Positions 1 to 10,337 of a stretch of 64,000 bases of DNA are shown piece by piece (the stretch's first letter is position 1; the number at the start of each line of letters is the position of its first letter). The stretch is from Clostridiales bacterium. Lineage in GTDB: Bacteria; Bacillota; Clostridia; Oscillospirales; Acutalibacteraceae. A program made the position numbers and the translations under genes. Under the pieces are notes generated by a model. It saw only the letters and a program-made list of their open reading frames with translations. It was not told the DNA's origin and did no database searches. The stretch is from positions 207 to 64,206 of the forward strand of contig DAISNS010000001.1 of the NCBI GenBank assembly GCA_036830905.1, read 5' to 3'.

Positions 1-1
1 G

Positions 2-328
2 GAAAACTACAGCCGGGGGATCTCGCTGCAGTCGGCCGCAAGGCACGTGCAGCTCAGCGAAAGCTGGTTCGGCGCCCTGTTCCGGTCCGAGGTCCGCAAA
101 TCCTTCAGCGAATATCTGATCTGCTACCGCATCTCGAAGGCAAAAAAGCTGCTGCGGAGCTCCAGCCTTACGGTGGGCCAGGTTTCCGAATCGGTCGGGA
201 TTTCCGACCCGCACTATTTTACCCGGATCTTCACGGAGAGGACCGGCGTCAGCCCGAAAAAATACCGCGCCGGGGAACAAAACGAGAGCGCCTGGCCGGC
301 GGAGGGAGAAGGAAGCCGCGCCGGATAG
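2..328 (+). CDS. AraC-type HTH regulator, C-terminal part (probably a YesN-like response regulator), 5'-truncated by window edge
   Basis: Frame open from base 2 (ENYSRGISLQSAARHVQLSESWFGALF...RISKAKKLL...VSESVGISDPHYFTRIF...GVSPKKYR), a typical AraC double HTH. Confidence 0.85.
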   Translation, partial: ENYSRGISLQSAARHVQLSESWFGALFRSEVRKSFSEYLICYRISKAKKLLRSSSLTVGQVSESVGISDPHYFTRIFTERTGVSPKKYRAGEQNESAWPAEGEGSRAG

Positions 329-408
329 CGCCGGGCTTTCCCGGGGCGAACGTCCCCGGCGCTTTCGGAAGAGAAAAAGCCCATATATGGGCTTGAAAGG
401 GGTTTCCT

Positions 409-2982
409 ATGGAATCGATCGACGTTTTGTCCGGCGGAGGCGCGGAGAGCCGCCTCGTTCCGCTTTTCTGGCAGCACGGCGAAAGCGAGGCCGTGCTGCG
501 CGGGGAAATCGCGAAAATGGACGAAAGCGGGGTGGGCGCTTTCATCGCGGAGGCGCGCCCGCACCCGGATTATTTGCAGGACGGCTGGTGGCGGGACCTC
601 GCCATCCTGATTGACGAGGCGAAAAAGCGCGGCATGAAGGTCTGGTTTTTCGACGACGGCTCCTACCCGAGCGGTTCGGCGAACGGGCTGCTCGCCGAGC
701 GGCGCCCGGACTGCGTGAAGCGGTACCTTGCGGAGAATCATATCGACGCCGTCGGCCCGCGGCCGGGGAGCTCGTTCTTTGTCGGCGACTGGCTCGGGGA
801 CGGCGAAAGCCTCGTGCGCGTCGCGGCGGCAAAGCGCGCCCCCGACCGCGGGGACGGCATCCTCGGCGAAACGCTGACGGACGTGACCGCCCTCGTCGCC
901 GGCGGGATCCTCTACTGGGACGTGCCGGAGGGCGACTGGCGCGTTTTCGTGCTGAAGAGCACCCGCGCGGGCGGCGAGGACTACACGCGGAATTACCTGA
1001 ACCCGCTGGACCGCGAGCCGTGCCGGGCGTTCCTCGACATCGTCTACGAGGAGCACTACCGGCATTTCGGGGAGGAGTTCGGGAAAACGGTCGCCGGCTT
1101 TTTCACCGACGAGCCGCGCTTCGGCAACTGCGCGACCTACGACGGCAGGCTCGGCCGGAAAGGCTGCGTGCTGCCGTGGTCGGATTCCCTCGCGCGGGAG
1201 CTGGACGCCGGGCCGTTCGGCGATTTCGGCAGGCTGCTGCCCTGCCTGTGGTACGATGCGGGCGAGGTCGCGCCGGACGCGCGGTATTTCTATATGGACG
1301 CCGTCACGCGCCGCTTCGGCGAGAACTTCCTCGGCCAGATCGGCGATTGGTGCAGGGCGCACGGCGTGAAGCTCATCGGCCACGTGGTGGAGGAGAACGG
1401 CGCCCACGCGCGGCTCGGCTACGGGCCGGGGCATTATTTCCGCGCGCTCTCCGGGCTGGACAACGCGGGCATCGACGTCGTCTGCAACCTTTTCCCGGGC
1501 AACCGCACGGGCGCGTTCACGACGGCGTTCAATTTCTACGACTGCGACTTCAACCACTGGGGCCTCTGCAAAATGGCGAGCTCGGCCGCGCATATCGACC
1601 CGAAAAAAGACGGGACGGCCATGTGCGAGGCGTTCGGCGCCTACGGCTGGACGGAGGGCCTGAAGACCATGAAGTGGATCACCGACGTGATGTGCGTGCG
1701 CGGCGTCAACCGCATCACGCCGCACGCCTTCTCGCCGAAGGAATTCCCGGACCCGGACTGCCCGCCCCACTTTTACGCCCGGGGCCACAACCCGCAGTTC
1801 CGCTTTTTCCCGGATTGGGCGCGCTACGCCAACCGCGTGTGCACCCTGCTTTCCGGAGGGAAGCACGTGGCCCCGGCCGCCGTCCTCTATCACGCGGAAG
1901 CCGAGTGGGGCGGAGCCTGCGAGCCGTTTGAAAAGGCCGTGAAAGCCCTCATGCTGGGCCAGATCGACTGCGACGTGCTCCCCGCCGATACCCTGGCCGA
2001 CGAAAAGGCCTGCACGGAAGCGGGCGGGACGATTTCCGTCAACGGAGAAACGTACGGCGCGCTCGTGGTGCCGTGGGCGGAGTACCTTCCCCGGCCGCTG
2101 ATGGAACGGCTCTCCGCCTTTGCCGCGGACGGCTTTCCGGTTATCTTCACGCGGGCTTTCCCGAAGCGCTGCTACTTCGGCGGCGAGCCGGACACCGCCG
2201 GCATGGCCGTTTCCGGCTGCGATTCCCTTGTCCGCGACCTGACGGCCCGCGGCGTCTTCGACATCCGCGCGCGGGGGAGGAACGAAACCCTCAGCTACTG
2301 CCACTACCGGAAATCCGGCGCGGACCTTTATTTCTTCGTGAACGAGGGGGTCCGCGAGACCGTCGACACTTTCGTTGCGCTGAAGCAGTCCGGGCCGGCG
2401 TTCCTTTACGACGCGATGGACGGCCGCTGCCGCCGTGCGGAGCAGCGGGAGACGCCGTCCGGCTCGGAGGTCAGGGTGCGCCTCGAACCGTACGAATCCG
2501 TTTTCGTCGTCTTCGGCGCGCGGCCGGGCGAGCCGCTCGAGAGGCTCCCCGCTTTCGGGCGCGAGCTTTCCGTGGACGGGGAATGGCGCATCTCCGCCGC
2601 CACGGCGGAAGAATACCCCGTTTTCCGGCCGACGGGGCTCCGCTCGCTCGGGAACCTGGCGAAGCCGGGCCTGCTCCCCGCGTTCGCCGGGACGCTGCGT
2701 TATGAGATCGACTTCGACTGCCCTGCGGACGGCCCCGCGGAGCTGGATCTCGGAGAGCTGTACGAGCTCGTTTCCGCAAGGCTGAACGGGAAGGAGGTCG
2801 GCCGCCGCGTCTGCCCGCCGTACCGCTTCCGGCTGGAGGCGGGAACGCTCCGCGCGGGGACCAACCGCCTGCAGGTGGATGTGGTGAACACGCTTGTGAA
2901 AAGCCGGCACGACGATCCGTTCGACAGGTACTGGCCGCAGGAGCCCACCGGCCTGCTCGGCCCGGTGAAGCTCCGTTTCTGA
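409..2982 (+). CDS. Glycoside hydrolase, GH106 (alpha-L-rhamnosidase)-like
   Basis: 857 aa; PLFWQHGE, EARPHPD, WFFDD-YPSG, GFFTDEP motifs and a C-terminal beta-sandwich (LDLG..V.LNGK.VG...PPYRF..N.L.V.V.NTL); sits beside Rha-type uptake genes; no signal peptide. Confidence 0.7.
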   Translation: MESIDVLSGGGAESRLVPLFWQHGESEAVLRGEIAKMDESGVGAFIAEARPHPDYLQDGWWRDLAILIDEAKKRGMKVWFFDDGSYPSGSANGLLAERRPDCVKRYLAENHIDAVGPRPGSSFFVGDWLGDGESLVRVAAAKRAPDRGDGILGETLTDVTALVAGGILYWDVPEGDWRVFVLKSTRAGGEDYTRNYLNPLDREPCRAFLDIVYEEHYRHFGEEFGKTVAGFFTDEPRFGNCATYDGRLGRKGCVLPWSDSLARELDAGPFGDFGRLLPCLWYDAGEVAPDARYFYMDAVTRRFGENFLGQIGDWCRAHGVKLIGHVVEENGAHARLGYGPGHYFRALSGLDNAGIDVVCNLFPGNRTGAFTTAFNFYDCDFNHWGLCKMASSAAHIDPKKDGTAMCEAFGAYGWTEGLKTMKWITDVMCVRGVNRITPHAFSPKEFPDPDCPPHFYARGHNPQFRFFPDWARYANRVCTLLSGGKHVAPAAVLYHAEAEWGGACEPFEKAVKALMLGQIDCDVLPADTLADEKACTEAGGTISVNGETYGALVVPWAEYLPRPLMERLSAFAADGFPVIFTRAFPKRCYFGGEPDTAGMAVSGCDSLVRDLTARGVFDIRARGRNETLSYCHYRKSGADLYFFVNEGVRETVDTFVALKQSGPAFLYDAMDGRCRRAEQRETPSGSEVRVRLEPYESVFVVFGARPGEPLERLPAFGRELSVDGEWRISAATAEEYPVFRPTGLRSLGNLAKPGLLPAFAGTLRYEIDFDCPADGPAELDLGELYELVSARLNGKEVGRRVCPPYRFRLEAGTLRAGTNRLQVDVVNTLVKSRHDDPFDRYWPQEPTGLLGPVKLRF

Positions 2983-3019
2983 GGCCGGGCATACGCACCC
3001 CGGGCGTTATCCGGGAAAG

Positions 3020-3066
3020 AAGGGCGGTTTCGCGCGGAGGATCCGCGGCGATGCCGCCCCTTTTTT
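3020..3066. terminator. Probable intrinsic terminator between the convergent glycosidase and histidine kinase genes
   Basis: Imperfect GC-rich hairpin GGGCGG...CCGCCC followed by TTTTTT on the + strand. Confidence 0.55.
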
Positions 3067-3101
3067 GCGCCTGCCCGCGGGCTTTTCCGTCAGTCCGGCG
3101 G

Positions 3102-4961
3102 TCATGCCGGGGGGCCGGCGCTTCCGTCCGGGTCTTCCGCATCGCCGCGCAGCATCGGCAGGCGGATACTGCAATCCGTGCCGCCGCCCTCCCGCCTTGC
3201 GTAAGAGATGCCGTAGCCCGGCCCGTACAAAAGCTGCAGCCGGCGGTGGACGTTGTAGACCGCGATATTGGAGCTGCTCTTTCCGTTTGTTCCGGCGCTC
3301 TGCGCCGAGAGGATCGTGGGGAGCTTTTCCGGCGGGATCCCGACGCCGTTGTCGGAGACAAGCAGCACGACGTCTCCTTTTTCCCGCCAGCCGGTGATGA
3401 CGACGTCGCCGGTTTTCGAGTCCTTTTCCAGGATGCCGTGCAGGATCGAGTTTTCCACGATCGGCTGCAGCGTGAGCTTCGGGATCTGGCAGTCCAGCAG
3501 CTCGTCCGGGATGTCCGCGACGAAATTCACGCCGTCCGCGTAGCGCATGTTTTGCAGCCGGACATAGATGGTGACGTGTTCGACTTCCCGTTCCACCGTG
3601 CTCAGGCTGTTTTTCCGGCTCAGCGTCAGCTTGTAAAACCACGCCAGGTTCTGCACGGCGCGGCTGATCTGCTCCGTGCGTCCCTGCTGGGCCATCCAGT
3701 TGATCATATCCATCGTGTTGTATAGAAAATGCGGGTTGATCTGCGCCTGCAGCGAATTGAACTCCGCGATCCGAAGCTCTTCCGCCGTCTTTTCCTGCTG
3801 TTCCATCAGCAGTTTCATCTTGCCGGTCATATGGTTGTAGGTGTGGATCAGCTCGCCGATCTCGTCGCCGATCACGGGCTCGGCCATCGGAACCGGCGGG
3901 CGGTCCTGCGCGAGCGCCATCTGGTGGATGACCGACGAGACGCGCGATGTGATGGACCGGGACTGCCAGATTGCGACGAAGAGGGCCGCCGCGATGCACG
4001 CCGCGCACACGAGGGCGAACTTGAACAGGAGAGCGTCCGCCCGCGCGAGAAGCGGGCGGTTTGGCAGCACCGTCACCATCAGCCAGCGCGGCGCCTCTAT
4101 GGAGTAAAACCCGACGTAGATCTTTTCGCCGAGCACGCTGCGCATGATGAAGTTGTTCGAGGACATCAGCGATTCGTGAATTTCGGCGTAGTTCAGCCGG
4201 TAGAGCGCGTCGAGGGAATGATCGGTGGAGGCCACGATCGCCTGGCGGTCGTCGATGAGGTAGGAAACGCTGCCCGGCAGGGTGATGCCGCCCGACAGGA
4301 TCGACTTCAGGGGATCGGAGGAGTAGTAGACCGCCACATATCCTGGCGTTGCGCCGCCGCGGGTGTGCATCGTGACCGACATGATGTAGGCGGCGTCGCC
4401 GTACTGCCGGATCTCGTCCGCGCCGAGGTAAAACGGCGGGCAGTAGAGCTCCTGCGCGCCGTTTCCCTGAAAGATGCCGTACCAGTAGGTGCCGCGCGCC
4501 CGGTCCATCGGCAGGAACAGGTCTTTGGAGGAGTCTGCGGAAAAAAAGGGGTCGCCCGCCGGTATGTCGAGGTAAATGCGGACGGCCCTGACGCCGTTTT
4601 TCCCGGCAAGGGAGCGCGCTGCCCGCGCGAAGGCGGAGGCGTCGTCCGATTCCGCCGCCTCGCGCAGGGGAGAACTGACCGTGTCGCTGAACAGCGTGCG
4701 GTAATATTTCATGCCGGAAAGTTGCCGCCCGGTATCGGAGATTTTCCGCACGGCTTCGGAGATCCGCGGCGCGATTGCGGCCGACGCGGTCTGCTCGCTG
4801 CGGATGGTGTCCGCGACGACCATGCTGTAAAGGCGGCTGGAGAACGCGATGCTGAGCACGGCCAGAGGAACGCCGGCGGCGAGAATCAGCATGAGGGTGA
4901 TCTTGGCCTGGAGTTTCAGGCTGCTGTACCGGATGTTGATGCGGTGAAGCAAGCTTTTCAT
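3102..4961 (-). CDS. Sensor histidine kinase, YesM-like (Cache-like sensor, HAMP, His_kinase, HATPase)
   Basis: Start re-picked at MKSLLH (ATGA overlap with the response regulator stop); two TM segments; LQAQINPHFLYNT H-box, LQPIVENSILHG, VSDNGVGI. Confidence 0.9.
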   Translation of the reverse strand: MKSLLHRINIRYSSLKLQAKITLMLILAAGVPLAVLSIAFSSRLYSMVVADTIRSEQTASAAIAPRISEAVRKISDTGRQLSGMKYYRTLFSDTVSSPLREAAESDDASAFARAARSLAGKNGVRAVRIYLDIPAGDPFFSADSSKDLFLPMDRARGTYWYGIFQGNGAQELYCPPFYLGADEIRQYGDAAYIMSVTMHTRGGATPGYVAVYYSSDPLKSILSGGITLPGSVSYLIDDRQAIVASTDHSLDALYRLNYAEIHESLMSSNNFIMRSVLGEKIYVGFYSIEAPRWLMVTVLPNRPLLARADALLFKFALVCAACIAAALFVAIWQSRSITSRVSSVIHQMALAQDRPPVPMAEPVIGDEIGELIHTYNHMTGKMKLLMEQQEKTAEELRIAEFNSLQAQINPHFLYNTMDMINWMAQQGRTEQISRAVQNLAWFYKLTLSRKNSLSTVEREVEHVTIYVRLQNMRYADGVNFVADIPDELLDCQIPKLTLQPIVENSILHGILEKDSKTGDVVITGWREKGDVVLLVSDNGVGIPPEKLPTILSAQSAGTNGKSSSNIAVYNVHRRLQLLYGPGYGISYARREGGGTDCSIRLPMLRGDAEDPDGSAGPPA

Positions 4962-6526
4962 TTCAGGACCTTCTCCCGGTATTCCGAAGGGGAAAGGCCG
5001 GCGTATTTGCGGAAGCTCTTGCCGAAGTAGCCGCCGTCGCTGTAGCCCACCGCCGCGGAGATGTCGGTGATCTTGTGGCGCGGATCCGCGAGCATTTGCT
5101 TTGCCTTTTCCATCCGGTACTCGAAGATATATTGGTTCAGCGTGTACCCGGTTTCGTTCTTGAAGAAAGTGCATGCATAGGAAACGGAAAGGAACACATG
5201 CTTGCTGATCTCATTGACCGAAAGCCCCTGGTCGCCGTAGTGGCCCGCAATATATTCCCGGATCAAAAAAATCGTCGGGTTCTCCGGCGCATAGTGGCGG
5301 ATGTCGTAAAAATAGGCTTCGGTTTTTCGGGCGAGCAGGCCGTGCAGCTCCCGGAATGAAAAGCAGGAGTCGATCGCCCCGATGATGTCTTCATGGTTGG
5401 CGAGCCCGGTGTCCAGAGGAAGCTTCTGGCTTGCCCGGTTTGCACTGAGAGCGGAAAAAAGGTCGTAGTACATCGCGCGGACCCGGTTCGGCGTCAGGCC
5501 GCTCGCGCGCTCGCACGCGCCGGCCAGCAGGGCGAGGGCCCGCCCGGCCCTTTTCTGGTCGCGTTCCTCGATGCCCTGCCTGTATTCGGCCGCGTGCTGG
5601 CCGAGCAGCGGGAGGGAGCCCGCGCGGATATCGCCGCGCAGCAGCGACGGGGTCAGCACGGTGCCCGGTTCAAAGAAAAAGCTGCACCGCAGGGCTTTCA
5701 TGGCGGAGTCATAAGAGCGGTAGGCGTTTTCGATGCCTTTGGCCGTTTCCCCGACCGCGATGTAGCAGCTGCCGAACGGGGCGAAAAGCTTTCTCATGCG
5801 GCCGGCGATCGCGAGCAGAGAAGACTCGCCGGGGGCGGCGGCGCCGTACACATGGTAGACGATGTACGGTACGCGCTGTGCCGTATAGATGACGTGCAGG
5901 TGCTTCGGCACCAGCAGCGCGTGGATGGACTGGTGGATCAGCAGATATTCCGCGGTATCGACCGGCGGGCGCTCCACCTTGACCGCGAAGGCCGTCACCG
6001 TCCTGAACTTGTCGGTCCCGTAGTGCTGGCGGAACTCCGAACGGAGCTTCTCGACGGACGGGCCGCAGTCGGCGTAGGGAACCGTCAGATAAAACGCGAG
6101 CTGCGTCGCCGCCACGTTGGAATGGATCGTTTCGGCCATCCGGTGGCGCAGGGCCGCGCTGCGCCTCTCCACCGCGTTTTTCACCGCGGCGGCCAGCTCT
6201 TTGGATTCGATCGGCTTTTCGATGTAATGCACGGCTTTCAGGTCGATGGCCGCCTTAAGGTATTCCTTGTCGGAGTACCCGCTCATGAAGATGGCCGCGA
6301 CGTCCGGCTGCCGCTCCTCGATTTTTTTCAGCATCTCTATGCCGCTCATCTTCGGCATGCGCACATCGCACAGGATGATATCCGGTTTTTCCCGCAGCGC
6401 GACCGCAAGCCCTTCGGCTCCGTCGGATGCGCCGCATAGCTCCGTGACGCCGAACGAGCTCCAGTCGAGCGCGGAGGCAAGCCCGCTGCGCGTCAGCTCC
6501 TCATCGTCCACGATCAGCATTTTCAT
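4958..6526 (-). CDS. Two-component response regulator with C-terminal AraC domain, YesN-like
   Basis: MKMLIVDDE, CDVRMP (phospho-Asp), SGY, EKP; C-terminal AraC HTH (YRMEKAKQML...VGYSDGGYFGKSFRK..GLSPSEYR); RBS AAGGGGG. Confidence 0.92.
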   Translation of the reverse strand: MKMLIVDDEELTRSGLASALDWSSFGVTELCGASDGAEGLAVALREKPDIILCDVRMPKMSGIEMLKKIEERQPDVAAIFMSGYSDKEYLKAAIDLKAVHYIEKPIESKELAAAVKNAVERRSAALRHRMAETIHSNVAATQLAFYLTVPYADCGPSVEKLRSEFRQHYGTDKFRTVTAFAVKVERPPVDTAEYLLIHQSIHALLVPKHLHVIYTAQRVPYIVYHVYGAAAPGESSLLAIAGRMRKLFAPFGSCYIAVGETAKGIENAYRSYDSAMKALRCSFFFEPGTVLTPSLLRGDIRAGSLPLLGQHAAEYRQGIEERDQKRAGRALALLAGACERASGLTPNRVRAMYYDLFSALSANRASQKLPLDTGLANHEDIIGAIDSCFSFRELHGLLARKTEAYFYDIRHYAPENPTIFLIREYIAGHYGDQGLSVNEISKHVFLSVSYACTFFKNETGYTLNQYIFEYRMEKAKQMLADPRHKITDISAAVGYSDGGYFGKSFRKYAGLSPSEYREKVLK

Positions 6527-6569
6527 TCGGCATACCCCCTTTTTTATTGTCGGACTGCGTCCGCTTGGA

Positions 6570-6745
6570 ATACAGCACAAAAATATTGCACATGCCGGCG
6601 CATCATATCTTCGCACCAATGATTCTCTCTCAAATGCGGAGATTATATTTGTACTTTTTGTAAATATAAGCAAAAATCAAAAATATTTTACCACGTTTCG
6701 AAAAAATTTCCTCTTTCGCATGGATTTGTGGAATGTTACTATAAA
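6570..6745 (+). promoter_or_regulatory. AT-rich divergent control region with repeated CAAAAATATT-like motifs and an extended -10 (TGTTACTAT) for the ABC operon
   Basis: CAAAAATATT at 6578-6587 and 6678-6687, and a related CGAAAAAATTT starting 21 bp after the second copy; -35 element is weak. Confidence 0.45.
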
Positions 6746-6773
6746 AACAGAACGGAAAGCGAGGGGATATATC

Positions 6774-8309
6774 GTGGCGGACAATGTTCTTGAACTGAAG
6801 GGGATCACAAAGATCTTCCCCGGCGTGAAAGCGCTGGACCATGTGCAGTTCGACCTGCGCCGCGGTGAAGTACATGCGCTGATGGGGGAAAACGGCGCCG
6901 GGAAGTCCACCTTTATCAAGGTGATCACCGGAGTGTACCACGCCGAAGAGGGAGAAATGTATCTGTACGGCAAGAAGGCGTCGTTCCGGGGGCCGATGGA
7001 CGCGCAGGCCGCCGGCATCGCCGCCGTTTATCAGCATCCGACTTCCTACCCGGATCTCACGGTGACGGAGAATATTTTCATGAACCATGAGATCAAAAAG
7101 CACGGCGTCATCCAATGGAAAGCGATGAATGCCGAAGCGCAGGCGTACCTGGACCAGCTCGACGCCGATTTCAAGTCCACCGTCGAGATGGGCACGCTGA
7201 GCGTTGCGCAGCAGCAGATGGTGGAAATTGCGAAGGCGATTTCCATGCGGGCCAGGATCATCATCCTGGACGAACCGACGGCCGCGCTGACGGCGAACGA
7301 ATCCGAGCGTCTGTACCGCATCATTGAAAAACTGAAAAAAGAGGGCGTCTCCGTCATCTTCATCTCGCACCGCTTCGAGGATATGTACCGCATCGCGGAC
7401 CGCGTGACGGTTCTCCGCGATTCCCAGTATATCGGTACATATCAGGTGAGCGAGATCTCGAGCGACGAGATGATCCGGAAAATGGTCGGCCGCGAGATCA
7501 AGGATTTATTCCCGAAGCCGGAAACGAAGATCGGGGGCGAGGTCCTGCGGGTGGAGCACCTTTCCCGCACGGGCTATTTCAAAGACGTGTCGTTCCATGT
7601 GCGCGCGGGCGAGATCGTCAGCTTCACCGGCCTGGTGGGCGCCGGCCGCACCGAGGTCATGGAGGCGGTCTGCGGCGTCACGCGGGCCAGCTCCGGAAAG
7701 GTTTTCCTGGAGGGAAGGGAAATCCACGTCGGATGCCCGTCCGACGCGATGCGGGACGGCATCGTCCTTCTTCCGGAGGACAGGCAGAAGGACGGCCTGA
7801 TCCTGAGCTGGGGAATCGGCCGCAACGTCACGCTGCCGATCCTGCGGACGTTGAGCCGCCGCGGCATCGTGGACGTCCCCGGCGAGGAACGGGTTTCCAA
7901 GAAATATCTCGAGGAAGTGGGAACCAAGGCCGTCAGCATTTTCGAACCGGCGAGCTCGCTTTCCGGCGGGAACCAGCAGAAGGTCGTCGTGGCGAAGGCG
8001 CTCGCGCAGGATAAAATGAAGGTCATCATTATGGACGAACCCACCAAGGGCGTCGACGTCGGCGCGAAATCCGAAATCTACCACATCATGGGCGAGCTTG
8101 CCGGACATGGCTACGCCATCGTGATGGTTTCCTCCGAAATGCCGGAAATCCTCGCCATGAGCGACCGCATCTATGTGATGTGCGGCGGCTGCGTCACCGG
8201 CGAGCTGGACCACGGCAGCGCGACGCAGGAAAAGATCCTGGCGCTCTCCATGAGCAAGGACGGCCCCGGGCGGGAGAACGGAAAAAAGGAGGCGGTCGCA
8301 AATGCCTGA
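6774..8309 (+). CDS. Monosaccharide (rhamnose-type, CUT2) ABC transporter ATP-binding protein
   Basis: GTG start after GAGGGG; two NBD halves; GENGAGKST, ILDEPTAAL, LSGGNQQK, MDEPTKGVDVGAK. Confidence 0.93.
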   Translation: MADNVLELKGITKIFPGVKALDHVQFDLRRGEVHALMGENGAGKSTFIKVITGVYHAEEGEMYLYGKKASFRGPMDAQAAGIAAVYQHPTSYPDLTVTENIFMNHEIKKHGVIQWKAMNAEAQAYLDQLDADFKSTVEMGTLSVAQQQMVEIAKAISMRARIIILDEPTAALTANESERLYRIIEKLKKEGVSVIFISHRFEDMYRIADRVTVLRDSQYIGTYQVSEISSDEMIRKMVGREIKDLFPKPETKIGGEVLRVEHLSRTGYFKDVSFHVRAGEIVSFTGLVGAGRTEVMEAVCGVTRASSGKVFLEGREIHVGCPSDAMRDGIVLLPEDRQKDGLILSWGIGRNVTLPILRTLSRRGIVDVPGEERVSKKYLEEVGTKAVSIFEPASSLSGGNQQKVVVAKALAQDKMKVIIMDEPTKGVDVGAKSEIYHIMGELAGHGYAIVMVSSEMPEILAMSDRIYVMCGGCVTGELDHGSATQEKILALSMSKDGPGRENGKKEAVANA

Positions 8310-9318
8310 GCAGACGCCGGAAAAGAAACAGTCCCTCTGGAAGCGTATCACGGCTTCGCGGGAAGCGAGCCTGCTGCTGGTCCTCATCGTGCTCTGCGCG
8401 CTGATCGAGATCCGCAGCCCGGAGTTCCTCACGTTCTCGAACATCGGCGAGATCCTGAAGAACAACGCGGTCATCATGATCATGTCGCTCGGCATGCTCT
8501 GCGTGCTGCTGACCGGCGGCATCGACATTTCCATCACCTCGACGCTGGCGCTGTCCGGCATGACGGTCGGCATGCTTTTCAAGTACAAGGTGATCCAGAG
8601 CACGGGTCTCGGGTTCCTGATCGCCATCGCGATCGGAGCGGCATGCGGCGCGCTGATCGGCGTGATCGTTTCCCGCGGCGGCGTTATGCCGATCATCGCG
8701 ACCATGGGCTTCATGTACATCTACCGCGGTCTCGCTTACCTGATCGCGAACAGCCAGTGGGCCGGAGCCGACGCGCTGGGTTCTTTCACGGACTTCGCGC
8801 TTTCCTCGAGCCTCGGCTTCGGCGTGATCAACAACGTGATCATGATCACGATCCTGTGCTACGTCGTCTTTTTCATCCTGCTGAAGTGGACGAAATTCGG
8901 CCGCAGCATTTACGCCATCGGAAGCAACCGCGAGGCGGCCGAGATTTCCGGCACCCATGTGGCGCGGGTGGAGTTCCTGGTTTACCTGATCATGGGCCTG
9001 CTGGCAGGCCTGTGCGGCGCGCTTTCGGTTACGGTTTACTCCTCGGCCCAGCCGAACATGGTGCTCGGCAAGGAAATGGACGTCATCGCCGCCTGCGTGA
9101 TCGGCGGCGTCAGCATGAGCGGTGGGCGCGGCTCGGTGGGCGGAGCGCTGCTCGGCTCGCTGATCCTCGCGGTGATCGCGAAGGCGCTCCCGCTCGTCGG
9201 GATCGACTCCATCGCGCAGAACACTGTGAAGGGCATCATCATCCTGGCCGTCGTGATCCTGAACGTGGTCACCAAACGCATGATGGACCGCAGCAATCTT
9301 GAGAGGAGGAAAATCTGA
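8302..9318 (+). CDS. Sugar ABC transporter permease (RbsC/RhaP-like)
   Basis: Hydrophobic; GGIDIS, GRSIYAIGSN.EAAEISG, IAACVIGGVSMSGGRG. Confidence 0.92.
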   Translation: MPEQTPEKKQSLWKRITASREASLLLVLIVLCALIEIRSPEFLTFSNIGEILKNNAVIMIMSLGMLCVLLTGGIDISITSTLALSGMTVGMLFKYKVIQSTGLGFLIAIAIGAACGALIGVIVSRGGVMPIIATMGFMYIYRGLAYLIANSQWAGADALGSFTDFALSSSLGFGVINNVIMITILCYVVFFILLKWTKFGRSIYAIGSNREAAEISGTHVARVEFLVYLIMGLLAGLCGALSVTVYSSAQPNMVLGKEMDVIAACVIGGVSMSGGRGSVGGALLGSLILAVIAKALPLVGIDSIAQNTVKGIIILAVVILNVVTKRMMDRSNLERRKI

Positions 9319-10337
9319 TGGAAGAAAAATCCGAAAGGATCGTTTCCACCGGGAAAAAGCACGGCGCGAAAAGCTTTTTCTCCAGTTGGGAATTCGCCCT
9401 CGCAATCATCTTTATCGCGGTCAGCGTTTTCTGCAGGGCAATTTCGCCTAACTACACGCCGGGAAATGTTCTGCGCGAGATGCCGAAGTACCTGGGCGAG
9501 ATGTTCCTTTTGTTTCCCATGGCCTTTATCCTGCTGATGGGGGACATCGACATCTCGGTCGGCTCCATCGTGTGCCTTTCGGCCACGGTGTCCTGCTTCG
9601 CCTGCAACGCGGGGCTGCCGATCCCGGTCGTCGTTCTGATCGGCCTGCTGGTCGGCCTGCTCTGCGGCATGCTGAACGGCTTCATCCTCACGACTTTCGT
9701 GGAGCTGCCCGCCATGATCGTCACGCTCGGCACGCAGATCGTTTACCGGGGCATCGCCGAGATCGTCCTGGGCAGCGGCGGCTCCATCTCTCTGAAGGAT
9801 ACGTCCGGGTTCAACGCGCTTGCCGGAAAAATCGGCCCGTTCCCGTACCTGTTCTTTCTCGTGATCCTTTTCGCCGTGGCGTTTGCCGTCGTCAGCGCGA
9901 AGACGCCTTTCGGGCGCAGTCTGTATGCGATCGGCAGCAACCACAACGCGGCGTTTTACTCGGGCGTCAAAGTGCAGAGGGTGCGCTTCATCGTCTTCTC
10001 CGTCACCGGCGCGATGGCCGGCCTGTGCGCGGTCTTCCTGACCAGCACGCTTTTCGGCGCCAACACCACGACCGGCAACGGCTTTGAAATGGACGCGATC
10101 GCGATGGCCGTCTTCGGAGGAATTTCCACGGCCGGGGGCAAAGGACGGCTGGCCGGCGGCATCATTTCGGCTTTCATTATTATCTGCCTGCGCATCGGTC
10201 TCGGCCAGATCAACATGAACCCCCAGATCATCCTGATTATCCTGGGCATCCTGCTCATCACGGCCGTCCTGGTGCCGAATGTTTCCTCGAGAATCAACGC
10301 AAGGAACACGAAAAACAAGGTGCTCACGCGCAAATAA
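9318..10337 (+). CDS. Sugar ABC transporter permease (RhaQ-like)
   Basis: SWE..L, GDIDISVGS, GRSLYAIGSN..AAFYSG, EMDAIAMAVFGGIST.GG.G. Confidence 0.92.
   Translation: MEEKSERIVSTGKKHGAKSFFSSWEFALAIIFIAVSVFCRAISPNYTPGNVLREMPKYLGEMFLLFPMAFILLMGDIDISVGSIVCLSATVSCFACNAGLPIPVVVLIGLLVGLLCGMLNGFILTTFVELPAMIVTLGTQIVYRGIAEIVLGSGGSISLKDTSGFNALAGKIGPFPYLFFLVILFAVAFAVVSAKTPFGRSLYAIGSNHNAAFYSGVKVQRVRFIVFSVTGAMAGLCAVFLTSTLFGANTTTGNGFEMDAIAMAVFGGISTAGGKGRLAGGIISAFIIICLRIGLGQINMNPQIILIILGILLITAVLVPNVSSRINARNTKNKVLTRK

Noticed and set aside
214..2910. 898-aa minus-strand ORF and the many other long antisense or alternate-frame ORFs (for example 17797-20172, 23228-26491, 33821-37165, 14942-17203)
   Set aside because: They overlap well-supported genes, are Arg/Ala/Gly/Pro-rich without motifs, and are expected shadows of high-GC codon usage.
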